Of a stretch of 55,138 bases of DNA, positions 1-12,720 are shown one piece after another (within the stretch, counting starts at the first letter, position 1; every line of letters begins with the position of its first letter). The notes under the pieces are model-generated. The model was not told the DNA's origin. It saw only the letters and a program-made list of their open reading frames with translations, and did no database searches. The position numbers and the translations under genes are program-made. The DNA comes from Octopus bimaculoides (lineage: Eukaryota), in NCBI RefSeq assembly GCF_001194135.2, contig NC_069007.1:587832-642969 (forward strand), in the 5' to 3' direction.

Positions 1-1519
1 ATATATATATATATATATACAGGTGTGTGTGTGGGTGTGTGCTTGAGTGAGTGTACATTTCTGTACATACATGTATGCTATCTTTTCTATTCTTCATTTA
101 TAGTGATGTTGATAATATAGTCCTTTACTTTCAAATCTTAGACATTCTAAACATTTTAAGACAGTATGTGTAATGCAGTTATTTAGCTGGAGGTGTTTAT
201 TGCTCGAGTGACATATAACATGCAAGCGCATCCTTCATTTTACCAGGAACCACTTCATATCTCACACATTTTACACAACACACACACACACACATCGTTT
301 ATTCTAATTTTCAAACAGCATGCACTTCACACATTAAACACATTGCACATAAGAAGCACAGCTTCAGAACGTATATTTTTCACAAAACATGGATCACGTC
401 TTTCACAACAGCACACGTTCCTCTCGTTTCCTAACACCTACATGTCATCTTCACAGCACATAATTCATATCTCACAATGCTCTCTGTGACATTATACTAA
501 TGCGCTGTAAACATTTGACATTAGGCAAAAATAATCTGTTGCCCAGCTGTGCTCTCGAAGAGAACCATTAAGATCTTTTATTCCTCGTGGTTGCTCATTT
601 ATGCAAACCATTTTGAAGAATTTGCCTTCCTAAAAATCAACCTTAATTTCTTGTTTGTTTTTTTTTCAACAAAAAAAAAACATGGAAATAAAAAATGGAA
701 ATAAATCGAACAAAGAAAAACACCATTTAAAAATAAAAACAACAAAGAAATTAGAAAACAAGCAAAAACTAAGAAAGCACAAATCCAGAAAATTCTATGA
801 ATTTCAATTTTAATTAATTTTTTTATTAACATTATGGTGAAGTTTTGAGTTTCTTTTTAAATATTTCTTGTCAAGTTTTCCATTAGATTCTGTCAATTAC
901 AAAGTTGAATTTCATTCTTGACTGTATTTTCGATTTTTACTTTATTTTTTTTCTAAGTCGTGGGTGGGGGAGTAATTTTATTTTTAGCGATTCTTGCGTT
1001 ATGTCGCTTCGTTTTCTAATTCATTGTTACTTTCGTTTCTAGTTTTGCAGCATTTCTTTAGCTTAAACTTTAAACAATGGAATAATGATGATGAAAATAA
1101 ACCTGATGTATTTATTAATTATTTCTTCTTTGCAATTTAATAATAAAAATTATTTCTTTTTAGTGAGGAAGAAATGATATTTAAAAAAAATTCCCATATA
1201 TGTCGTTTGTGACTGTCGTGTGTTTTAATGGATAACGTGTACTTCTTCTGGAACAAATTATCTTAAATAATTGCCAGAACGATTATATGGGAAGTGGAAT
1301 TGCTCTCCATCAAATCAATCATAAACGTTGTGGGTAACCCCTAAAGAATTGTTTAAACAGTAATACAATTCTTCTTACAGGACTGCAGAGAGGAGGGACT
1401 CGCCTAACCTACCTAATTACATACATCACTTGAAAGAATGTATAACTTCACTTGACATTAAGTTGAAAAGACGCATAAAATACGGGCTGTACAGAGTTGG
1501 TAGAAAACATATATACGAG

Positions 1520-1800
1520 TTATTCATACGTGATAAAAGCCAAATGCTCAACATCTATAAATAAATCCACATAATATATACAACCATGATCAGAGATATG
1601 TACCAAAAGGTGCCAATTTAAAATAAAAAAGAAATATTGAAGCACTGGAAATACTGAGCCATTCAACGTATGAAAGAATGCATCTATACTTGCAATTTTA
1701 CCAGGAGCAAAATCTCTTTTCCTCTCATCAGTATAAACCAATACGAGACGATTTCGTTCTATAAATTCTACCGTTTCAAACGTCTTTTTTCGGAACCTCA
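1520..1800 (-). pseudogene. 93-codon open frame; possible relic of a CE-clan (Ulp1/SENP8-like) protease or an orphan terminal exon
   Basis: The ORF contains YFFFILN-WHLLVHISDHGCIYYVD, which resembles the Ulp1/SENP8 [I/L]N..HWSLLV...F.HYD core as I recall it, with His absent. A tag acceptor-like site lies at 1803-1801. No database check was done. Confidence 0.3.
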
Positions 1801-1821
1801 CTATATGATTTAAGTATATAA

Positions 1822-1999
1822 TTTTCTACTCTAGGCACAAGGCCCGAAATTTTGGGGTAAGAGGCCAATCAATTAGATCGACCTCAGTACGCAGCTGGTA
1901 CTTAATTTTTTGATCTCGGAAGGAAGAAATGCAAAGCCGACCTCAGCGGAACTTGAACTCAGAACGCAAAGACAGACGAAATATCGTTAAGTATTTCGC
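1822..1999 (-). mobile_element. tRNA-derived SINE, family A
   Basis: Shares ctaggcacaaggcccgaaattt...gaactcagaacg..aagacagacgaaat with the copies at 5003, 27532, 49258 and 50805. A B-box-like gagttcaa is present on the minus strand. Confidence 0.85.
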
Positions 2000-2175
2000 T
2001 TGATAACTATAGATATATCAATACAGTACATATTCAATCCAAATGACAATAACCATTTCTTATATATAATGATTTACACTCCTTATCATATTTTAAAATC
2101 TATAATGTAACGCACCACGCCTTGCAGAAAATAAATGAATTTCAAATATTTCACTGATGTTCAATTAACTACAAG

Positions 2176-2522
2176 TACAGGGTGTCCCGAAATTAAGGTT
2201 ATCAAAGTTTCGGGCTTTAATAATCATCAGCAGATGTGATAAGATATGAAACTGATACAACATTCTAAAAGTGAAGTGTGTCTTCTGTTTGTTTCAGAAG
2301 AAACACATTCAGATTTAGAATATTAGATAATGGCTATAGACCGAAATACAATCATAACCCTCTACAAAGTAGGCAAAGCAATATAGAGACGGATTCTATC
2401 GTTGATCGACCTCGACGTGTTGGAAAAAGAAGTGTGCCGAACCCTCAATTTATCAAAAGTACTAGAGAAAAGATTCGGTGAAATCCACGTCGTTCCGCCA
2501 GAAAACTGACTGCCACATCGAA
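2176..2522 (+). mobile_element. Tc1/mariner-superfamily transposon 5' fragment, internally deleted
   Basis: TA followed by CAGGGTGTCCC terminus at 2176-2188. Translation MAIDRNTIITLYKVGKSN / ETDSIVDRPRRVGKRSVPNPQFIKSTREKIR*NPRRSARKL matches the N-terminal HTH linker (DRPRSGRPRSVRT...IRRNPRRS.RKLA). No right TIR was found nearby. Confidence 0.8.
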
Positions 2523-3759
2523 AATCATACATATATATACGTGTGTGTGTACGCGAGCGTTTGTGCGGCACATTAGATGCATCAAAATAGAAAATAGGTG
2601 CAGCTTGAGCAATGTTGCTCAAATGTATTCTGGCTCAGTCCTGGTCTCTGGTTAAAAGTCAGCACCGTGTTTCTGCCTTCCGTTGTGTTCACAAACAATG
2701 GCTCCGTTAAACGTTTCAGCATTCAGTACACTCAGGTTCCTAATATTCTCCCATTTTATTTATTTCTCTGAGCTTATTTTATTTTGAATTTCTAAAAGTG
2801 TTATAGAAAGCCATTAGAATTGAAGTTGGAAATAAAAGGAGTAAAGATAAAAAGCAAAGCAAAACACAATCCAGTAAAAGACATTTGCTCATTCCCATTC
2901 TTGATATTCTTTTGACGAAGAGATTTTAACTCTGAAATATTGAAATATAAAGTAAAACGTATAAACTCCTGTTTTCCTTTGGTTTTCATTGTTACTTCTT
3001 TAATTCCACCATTGTACAAGCTTCCTAAAACAGATTTAACAATTTTAATTCTATTACCGCCATGCTCCATTTTCTCTTGATAACGGGGTTTTAACCCCGA
3101 AATAATTAAATATACGGTAAAAGTGCTTTGTGGAGCTTTCTTTTGTTTCGCCTGTTTTCACACCTTTATTCCGAACTAGCATTGTGTTAGATTTCTAAAC
3201 AACTTTAATAATTTAAACTCTATCTCTCAAGGCTTCCAATAAACTATGCAACTCTATTATTTTTAACTGTTTTTGCAATCATGTCAGACAACCGAGTTAT
3301 TATTTGCTCTCTGTTAACATAGTGAACAATGCAGTCGATTCTACGACTATAAATTTTCATAGCTCCTTCAGTGTAAACGTTCTCACCTTATAAAAGAGTA
3401 TGAAAGCCAAACGAACCAGAAATAGCAACCAAAGTCATACCTTGGCGTCGTACAAAAAAGTTATGATTATGTTTGAAACGGTTTTAATCATAGGTTTGCT
3501 CAGTCAGGTATAATCTAGAACTAAAAAACAACAACTGAGGCAACAACAAAACGTGGGGAATGAAGGATTCCTGTAAGTGATGGCTCGATCGGACACAAGG
3601 GATAATGCACTCTCAGATACACAGTGCATTAAACAAAGAATCAGTTATTATTGCTGGAATATTATAGAACATAAATCCGGACTGTGAAAACATGTGATTA
3701 AACCACAACACGGACTGAGACACACTCACTTCACACCTTGAACACAATGTAGCTATGAA

Positions 3760-3985
3760 TATAAATAAATAGACCGAGAAGGTTATGGTTGGAACGCCTT
3801 TGATCAGAAATTTGCTCCTTCATGGCAAATCTGAAGTTTAACATCGTTAATAAAAACCGCAGCCAAGTATCCCTCAAATCCTACACTACTATCTCTAAAA
3901 ACAGAAGGTCTCATTGGGTCTTATAATCCTGAATTTATAAAGATGAGTTGGTCACTCTTGGATTGACAGACTTAAATTTACTCTA
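3760..3985. repeat. Decayed dispersed repeat, family D
   Basis: The motif gcagccaagtatccctcaaatcctacac recurs in degenerate form near 7540, 13040, 15200, 46290 and 46550. Confidence 0.45.
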
Positions 3986-4284
3986 GCAGCGCTAGTCACG
4001 AATTAAACAATGGTGAAAAACAATATCCGGGAAATCCCTCTCAAACCACATCGTAAAATCTAAAAATTGCAAGGAGACACCAGCTAACTATTTCTTGCTT
4101 CACAGGAAGAGAGACTCGCAGCTGGAAAGATTTTAAATAGTAAATTCACTTATTCAGTATTGAGCAGGGGTTGGACTACAACAACAGTACGATAGGTCTT
4201 ATAATTGGGCTATGTGGCTTAAGTGGCTCTTTGTCTTTTGCGAAATGCATCAGAGAAATATAACTGAACTCTAACGATTCATCT

Positions 4285-4880
4285 TTTTATCTTTGACATG
4301 TTTTGCTCACTGGACAGCAGCCAGCTGGGGAACTGCTTTGAAGGATTTAGTCGAAGAAAGACACCACTACTTATTTTGAAATCTGATACTTATTCTATCG
4401 GCCTCATTTGGCGAACCACTATGTTACAGAGACTTAAACCAACATCGGTTGGCGAGAGTAGGTGGGGGACAAGAATATACACGGCAACACATAATCCACA
4501 AACACACAGAAGAATATACTTGCGAGTTAGGTACTGAAAAGTTCCTCGGTTTAAGAGTTTCGCGAAAGACCTGGCTGGGGGTCCAAGCCTTCCTTTTACA
4601 GGGCTTAGGAGAATCACTGCAATGAGAATATGAATCTGGGACGGGAATAGGTTGAATAAAATCATAATCAACTGATCCTCCTGTATTTTCTTTTTCCAAA
4701 GCCAGGAACTTTTCAGCACCCCCTCATATTCCCCTACAACATATTTATTTACGAATATTTATTTACTCCGGTAAATTTCCGTCTACAAAACTCACTCGCA
4801 AGGCGTTAGTCTGCACAGAGCAAGAGTAGAAGATTTTCAAGATGCCACCCAGTAGGACTGAACACGAGACCACGTTATCG
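4285..4880 (-). mobile_element. SINE family B copy interrupted by a MITE
   Basis: 4285-4520 matches the 3' half of the 13678-14046 copy (acttattctatcgg...gaacc). 4730-4880 matches its 5' half (ttccgtctac..cactc.caaggc...ggactgaac). Confidence 0.75.
4521..4728. mobile_element. Mariner-derived MITE (about 208 bp)
   Basis: Terminal inverted repeats ggtactgaaaagttcct (4530-4546) and aggaacttttcagcacc (4704-4720), with TA at 4727-4728. The interior gaatctgggacgggaataggttgaataa resembles a mariner transposase 3' end (NLRGEYVE*). Confidence 0.8.
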
Positions 4881-5002
4881 CTTCATTTTGAGAATAGAAA
4901 ATCGGTTCAAAAGTAGAAAATATACAATCGCCGTAAATCCATGCTGGTGTTTATATCATCTCAACAAAAAGCTGTGTTTTGTTGTCATAGAGGCTTGTAA
5001 TA

Positions 5003-5218
5003 TTTTTTTTCTACCCTAGGCACAACGCCCGAAATTTTTTGGGGAGGGGCCAGTCGATTCGATCGACCCAGTACATAACTGGTACTCAATCTATCGACCC
5101 CGAAAGGATGAAAGGCAAAGTTTACCTCGGCGGAATTTGAACCCAGAACGTAAAGACGGACGAAATGCTACTAGTCATTTCGCCTGGCACTGTAGCGATT
5201 CTGCCAGCTCGTCGCTTT
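5003..5218 (-). mobile_element. tRNA-derived SINE, family A, near full length
   Basis: Head aagcgacgagctggcagaatcgc, B-box-like gggttcaaattcc, and tail ttgtgcctagggtagaaaa on the minus strand. Confidence 0.9.
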
Positions 5219-5476
5219 AATTCCCGACTTATATATTGGACACTCTGTGCCTTCTTCATTTCAATGAGACATGGAATAGAACAAACATTCTCTCAGGTAC
5301 ACAATGCCGTTTTTGTATGAAAATCATGTAATAATTAATTAATTTGAAAACAGTGATTCTCCACCTTCTATAGAATATATTTACACAAGAATTAGGCTTT
5401 ATTGAGATACCTTGATTTGGTTGCGCTTCGATATATAATCCTGAAACCCTGGGGATTCGAACGAAACCTAGATTAA

Positions 5477-5516
<40 letters not shown>

Positions 5517-5523
<7 letters not shown>

Positions 5524-5650
5524 TGCAAAATTAAGAGGAATGACCACCAAAAGTGGACTCCTATATGCTAGAAATAGATGCCAAATCACCTAACCACGAA
5601 GAGTATGTTCTCAAGAAGAGTCTTGAGAACATACTCTTCGTGATTAGGTG
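5517..5650. repeat. Foldback (palindromic) element truncated by an N-gap
   Basis: Arms 5587-5616 and 5621-5650 pair at 29 of 30 positions around an AGAG loop. The right arm ends exactly at the gap, and the left side abuts (TA)n. Confidence 0.8.
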
Positions 5651-6864
5651 NNNNNNNNNNNNNNNNNNNNNNNNNNNNNNNNNNNNNNNNNNNNNNNNNN
5701 NNNNNNNNNNNNNNNNNNNNNNNNNNNNNNNNNNNNNNNNNNNNNNNNNNNNNNNNNNNNNNNNNNNNNNNNNNNNNNNNNNNNNNNNNNNNNNNNNNNN
5801 NNNNNNNNNNNNNNNNNNNNNNNNNNNNNNNNNNNNNNNNNNNNNNNNNNNNNNNNNNNNNNNNNNNNNNNNNNNNNNNNNNNNNNNNNNNNNNATATAT
5901 ACGTATGTAAATATATATGTGTATCGATGTATATATATAGTCGAAAAAATTTTCAGGTGGAAGGTATCAACTGTTTCCATCAACCAATAAGGACATGGAA
6001 ACATGTCTTCGTTTTCATATCATGTAGGAAAATATAATTTAAATAAATAAATATTTATACACGACAACAATAGCAACAAACATGTATGAAAACAAGGCAA
6101 AAATCCAACACAAAAGCAAAGAGTTTGAAAAGCAATTAAGAAAAAAATAAAAGAATAGAATGTCAAAAACGGCAAAAAGAAACCATGTTAAAAGAGAAAA
6201 CGAAATGAAGTAAAACAGAGAAAACAATAAGAAAGAATTTTTTTAAAAAATGGCTATCTAATAGTTTCGTTAATCGAAAGAAAACCTGATAAAAATTGCT
6301 ATCTCTTTGCATTATATTAGATTGTAAGATCTTTTTTTTTTTTATTAAGTGATGGCAGGGGCGGGAGGGAGACCTGCTTTATTTGTTTCTTTTATTGTTT
6401 TCCCAGTACAAAGACTGCCACTTTCTCTTTTCATTCAACCCAACTACGACCCTCACAGCCCTCCACCGTATTTGATTATTACCATCCAATCTTATTGAAT
6501 GATACAAATTTACTATTAACGAGATTGGTAATGAATTCAAAATAGCATCTCAAATCTTTCTAGTACCGTACTTTTTTTTTGCTCTTATTTTACATTCATA
6601 CATTTTTCCAATTTGTTTTGTTTTTTTTTAAATTTTATTCTTCTATTATCATTTTTACTTTGTATTATTTTGTTTTTCGTCTTGTCTTTGTTCTTCATAT
6701 TGTTGTTCCTTCTTATAAAATTATTATATTCTACTTTAATTATGCAATTTTCTTCCAATTCTTTCTCTTTCTCTCTCACACTCATACATACATACATATA
6801 TATTCACATATTTAATATATATTCACATATTTAAACACCCACATATTTCTGTTTGCCTAGCATG

Positions 6865-6896
<32 letters not shown>

Positions 6897-7091
6897 GATT
6901 TTTTCTATTGTTCTGCTGCTCTAACTCTTTTCTTCTCTATTAATGTGTCATTTTATCATATATCACCCCCCCCCCCNNNNNNNNNNNNNNNNNNNNNNNN
7001 NNNNNNNNNNNNNNNNNNNNNNNNNNNNNNNNNNNNNNNNNNNNNNNNNNNNNNNNNNNNNNNNNNNNNNNNNNNNNNNNNNNNNNNNNNN

Positions 7092-7138
<47 letters not shown>

Positions 7139-7955
7139 GCTCTCTTGGTTATATATTTCGGAAGAACATGCCAAAATCGATAATTAATCAAAGTCTTGAT
7201 GAATAGAATATTCAAATAGTTTGAATTATTTTTGCATTTTGTTTATAATACAAACATAATTTTTTTTTTTTTGTGGTTCCAGCTCTGAATTTAATATTTA
7301 GCTTCTTTGAACGCAGCTGGTACAACATTAAGCCTAGAACTTTTGCAGCAGGTGTTAATATTCAAGCTATTTTGCACATCTGTATCTGCCTGTTGTTGTT
7401 GTTGTTGTTGCTGTCATTATTCCCTCAGGTGAATCCAGATCGATCAAATCCGTGTTCAAATATTTGGTCCGCCTGTGAGAAAACACCCCGTCTATTAGTG
7501 ATCCTTATTTCTAAGTTTACAATGTAGAGTGTAATGTTTTAGAATTTAAGACAGCAGCGTTGTGATTTAAGGGATATCTGACTGTTATTTCTAGCAAAAT
7601 TTATACATGATATTCCTTGTTTTTAGAGCTTCGTGTATCTTGTATTACACGATGCATTATTTTCTTACCTTAATTAAGAGACTGAAGGGTGAGCTTGGAG
7701 GGCCAACTGGCTGCTATGTCTAACGGATTGATATGTAATATTGAAATTCATATCATATAAACTGTATATGTTAGGTGAGAGTGTGTGTGTGTGTTGGTGT
7801 TTGTCCTTCACAAGCCTTTGAAGTCTCCGTAACTTAGCGTTCGAAAAATGGAGCCCGATAGAATAATATCCAAACTTAGAAGTAAATAAGTACCGGGGTC
7901 GATTCTTAGGGTAGTCTAGCTGTCTGTCTGTCTGTCTTTGTATACATACATATTT

Positions 7956-8486
<531 letters not shown>

Positions 8487-9799
8487 ACTATATATATATA
8501 TATATATAAATTACCCATAACAGGCAATTTCTACACGTTGGAAGCCAGTCAAAAACGACCGAAAAACCACAAAGTTAAAACATTTTGAAGGGAAGAAAAA
8601 ATAAAAACTCTTACCTTATTTTTAACGGTTAGAACTATAGGTTTCGAATTTTTTAGTAAATAAAAAAAATAAAAAAAATATTAGGTAAATTCCATTCAGT
8701 AACCAGCCGTCAAAGATTAACATTTATATGTTAATCTAGGAGACAAAAAGTTAAACGCACATGTCTCTTAGATATATGTTACAGCTTTTTTCAAAATCCA
8801 CTACGCAGGCGCATTTTCAGTCGGCAGGAAATGAAAAATGCCGAAACGAACTTTGAAATGCTAATATCAAATACTTGAGTATATATAAAGGGTAGCAAAA
8901 CTTTACAAAATTTTACTACCAGTGGCCTAGCATGTAAAAAAGTTCTTTCTGAATATCTATTTTGGAAAAGAGCTGTTGGGTGTTATAGTACAATGTGTTA
9001 GGAATATATTGATGGTTCTGTGTGTGAGTATGATGCCATCTGAGTTTAAAATTTGTCAATGATAATTAAGCTGCTACTGTGGTACTGTTGCTGCAGTATG
9101 GCACAGTCAACTATACCATTACAACAGTGTGATATTAAAGCATACATACTGTTACAGCAAGACAAGCACAATTTATGTCACAAACAAAAGCCAATTTAAA
9201 AAAAATTGGCCCTACATCCAGTATTGAGTACTTTCATGAATAAATGTTTGTTATCCGTGATTCAAACGACCGTCACACTCTATATGCGCGCGTGTGTGTG
9301 AGCGCGCGTATGTGCATATATGGTTATATGTATGTGTGTGTGTGTGTGTGTGGGGGGGTATGCATATATCTAAGGAAGGGTCTTCGTGTAAAGACGTAGC
9401 AACAGAGACTGGGTTCTTTTGAAGCTTATAAGTTTTTCATAATTCTTCTATGCTTACTTGGAAAAATCGATCCTATTTTATTCCTTAAAAATCTCGAAAT
9501 CTCGGATTCATCTGAATAAACTTGTGACGACATTTCTTCAGTGATACACACACACACACACACAGAAGCGCAACAAGCCCCCCCACCCCAGACACACATA
9601 ATATGTATGCCAAAGCCGTCATTGGTGAGCAAGCTGGATTTCGTAGAATGTAACATGGTTTTGCTTCCTGTTTTGCTATTTACATGGTAGTGTGCAGTTG
9701 TGACCCCTCCCACGACATGGGTGCATGTTTAGGATGTTACAGCGAACACCGAGAGAGAGAGAGAAAGAGAGAGAAATAGATAAATAAATAAATAAATAA

Positions 9800-9960
9800 A
9801 GAAGGAGTGGAAGAAAGAATGCACTGGAATGGTATTCATTTCCAATTGACAGGCTGGAGCAACATGAACTAAAGTGTTGCTGAAAGAAACGTCCGGTCCA
9901 AGAGTCGAGCACTCGACCTTATGCTTGGAAGCCCAACGTTTTAACCACCGTGCGCCTTCA
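9800..9960 (-). mobile_element. SINE family C head fragment
   Basis: ctggagcaacatgaactaaagtgttgctgaaag is the reverse complement of a segment of the 50415 copy (cttgagcaatgcactttatttcactttgctccag). A tRNA-like head lies at the right end. Confidence 0.6.
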
Positions 9961-9963
9961 CTG

Positions 9964-9999
<36 letters not shown>

Positions 10000-11280
10000 T
10001 AACAGATATTATATTACAATGCATTGATTGCTCGTTTTTAACACTGAGAGTTTTGCTGCTTCAGTGAAGAGAACTAATAATAATGCTGCAGCAGGAATTG
10101 GAAAATAAGTCATATTATCAAAATAAAAGTAGATGGCAACAACAAGAAAGATCGGCTTTTGACGTTTTACCGCAATCATTCGCCTCCGAGCTGTCAACAA
10201 CAGTCTTAACAGGTCATGAAATGGCTATATGGCTCGTAAATTTTGTAGTGTTGTAAAAAAGCAAAAACAAGAAAAAATAACAGAGGATAAAAGCATAAAA
10301 ATACAACTCCTCTAGGAATAACAAAACTAAAATAGGTGAGAGAGAGACAGAGAGAGAAAGAGGGGTGTCTAGACAGACAGACACAGAAGGAAAAAGACAG
10401 ACAGACACAGAAGGAAAAAGACAGGCAGACAGATGGGAATAGTTATTTTCATGTTGGGCGAGAAAGATGTAAATTGTAACGCTGGTGAGACTATATTGTT
10501 GAATAATAAAAGAAACAAAGAAATAGAGGACGAAAGACATCGACAATCAGAGAACCACACACACACACACACACACATACATGCATGCCAAGACACACAC
10601 ATACAAACAAACAACTGGTATATTTCTTATGCAGCCATTGGAACATGAAGATTCTGGCCGAAACATTAAAGAAATATTCAGTTATCTAAGCAAACGGTTC
10701 TTGTCGGCAGACTCGCACTCAATTTTCTCTCATTTTTAACCAATCATTATCAATATATTCCATTACTCTTCGCCTTCCTTGTCTCGTTCTCGTTCTCGTT
10801 CTCATGCTCTTCCATCATGTGTCACTCACCATATATTTCTTCATTAAATATTTCTTTCTTTTCATTGTTGCCTCCTCAATCTCTCAGTTTCTTTCTATCT
10901 TTGTCATTCTACTTTCCCACCTCTCGCTCTCTTTCATGAGACAATGATATACAATGAAGTAGGGCATCAGTGCTAGGTCACCACAGTAAGACGGATTAAT
11001 GGAGATGTGTAATCGTATGTACTTTTATGCAGAAATATTTCAGATAACGGAAGAGAATCGTATAACATAATAGGTTATACATCAGCCGGTTTTAATATGC
11101 TTCTCTCTCACATTTCAAATTGCTGTGTGTGTGTAGGAATTGCTATGTGTGTAGGAATTGCCTACAACTGGCAGATGACATATTTGTACCACCCAATCGA
11201 CAACGCTCCAACTCATTGGTTTACTTGTGGAGTCGTTACTGGTGGCGGTTTTACAAGGTCGGAGAGCAAATCCAACCTCA

Positions 11281-11350
11281 GTCACTTTTAGTCACCTTTT
11301 ACGACAACCAGAGGAAGCGTTTGCGTCTTTTCTTTGACACCCAGTCCTAC
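11281..11350 (-). mobile_element. Possible RTE-type 5'UTR / SINE body motif
   Basis: Minus strand reads ttgtcgtaaaaggtgactaaaag, close to the GTCGTAAGAGGCGACTAA motif I recall from RTE 5' ends and RTE-derived SINE bodies. Not verified. Confidence 0.35.
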
Positions 11351-11880
11351 GGAGCGCAATAGCAAAATATCAGATAATGTAGAATGCAAAACATTTCAGA
11401 CGTGTGAGTGTAAAAATCGGCAAAAGTCAAAATTCTAAAAAAGAAAGAATCCTGAAGTAAAAAAATATTTTGCTGAGCCAAGATATTAAAACAAGATTAC
11501 ATAAAGAAAACATCAAACAAACAATCAGTATGAAAGCAGTAACCCTAAAAATGAACGCAGCAAGAATTATTGAAATGATGAAGAATGAAGTGGGGAAAAT
11601 CGACAGAAAAACGGGGAGCAGATAAAAAATGTGATGTGGATGAGTTAACGTAAGAGAGAAGAGCAAAGAAGAGGTTTAATGAATGTCAAAGAGATTGGAG
11701 AATTATAGATAGGTTTAGGTGTCTTTCTCGGAGAAGAAATAATCCTTAAAGACGCATTAAGTGAAGGATTATTTACCGAATGTGTAGGAACCAAAGTAAG
11801 AAAACTGGAAGTTAATATGGATACGTAAACATGTATGCATAGGTGAAAACAGATAGCTACCTCACTCTCTATTCTCTCTC

Positions 11881-11940
<60 letters not shown>

Positions 11941-12057
11941 TTATATATACATATATATAGACACACAAACACACATATATAGACGCATATATGTGTATGT
12001 GCGTATATATATATGTGTGTGTGTATCTGTGCCTTTGTGTGTGTATGAGTTTTTGCC

Positions 12058-12088
<31 letters not shown>

Positions 12089-12600
12089 TTATATGTGTCT
12101 GTGCCTGTGTGCGTATGTGTGTCTATGTATGTATATAGAAAAGTATACAGACACAAACTAAGTTGTAGCAGAGCTTGATAAATATATAGATTGATAGATA
12201 TTTAGATAAATAAATGAGTTGCTGTTTAAGTTTCGGTTAAAATAAAACACAAGATGAGCGAATTATGGGAAAAGAGGGTTTCGTTTTTGTTTTGACTGGT
12301 AATTTTATGGCTGACTTAACTTAATTAGTTGTCATGGCAACAGAGAGAGGTGAAAACTGATTGATGATTTGATGTACTTCTGACTCTGCCTCCGTCGAAT
12401 TCGGCGTTGGTCTATCTGTTGCGAATTTTCTCTCCTTCTTCTGCCTGTCTGCCTCTTTCTCTCTTATTCTTCTCTCCTCCTCATGTATGTCTATAACAAA
12501 CTGTTTCGTCCTCTTCTCTCCTTCTCTTGTTTCTGTTTTTCTTTCTTCTCTCTTCCTCATGTCTGCCTCTCTCTCTCTTTCTCTCTCTGTTTCTCATTTT

Positions 12601-12720
12601 CTCTCTCTCTCCTTGTGCCTCTATCTCTCTCTCCTTGTGCCTGTATCTCTCTCACCTTGTGCCTCTCTCTCTCTCTCCTTGTGCCTCTATCTCTCTCTCC
12701 TTGTGCCTCTCTCTCTCTCT
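12601..12720. repeat. Minisatellite, about 22-bp unit (ccttgtgcctctatctctctct), about 5 copies
   Basis: Directly visible tandem units embedded in (CT)n. Confidence 0.8.

Noticed and set aside
2278-2481. ORF with RPRRVGKRS resembling a neuropeptide cleavage site
   Set aside because: It is better explained as the Tc1/mariner DRPRSGRPRSV linker, with a matching terminus upstream.
2605-2622. Short perfect palindrome ttgagcaa-tg-ttgctcaa; also cggggtt-tt-aaccccg near 3084
   Set aside because: Stems of 7-8 bp are expected by chance in 55 kb.
2800-3070. 89-aa minus ORF, and plus-strand words IPILDILL and PLYKLPK resembling Penelope RT
   Set aside because: The motifs are in the wrong order for a PLE RT, and the ORF length is within chance expectation.
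4390-4719. Protein-like ORFs of 109 and 91 aa on the minus strand
   Set aside because: They lie entirely over the MITE and the SINE B it interrupts.
11270-11360. Possible HDV-like ribozyme around the gtcgtaaaaggtgac-taa hairpin
   Set aside because: I could not build P1, P1.1 and P3 in the required order. Only a P4-like hairpin is present.
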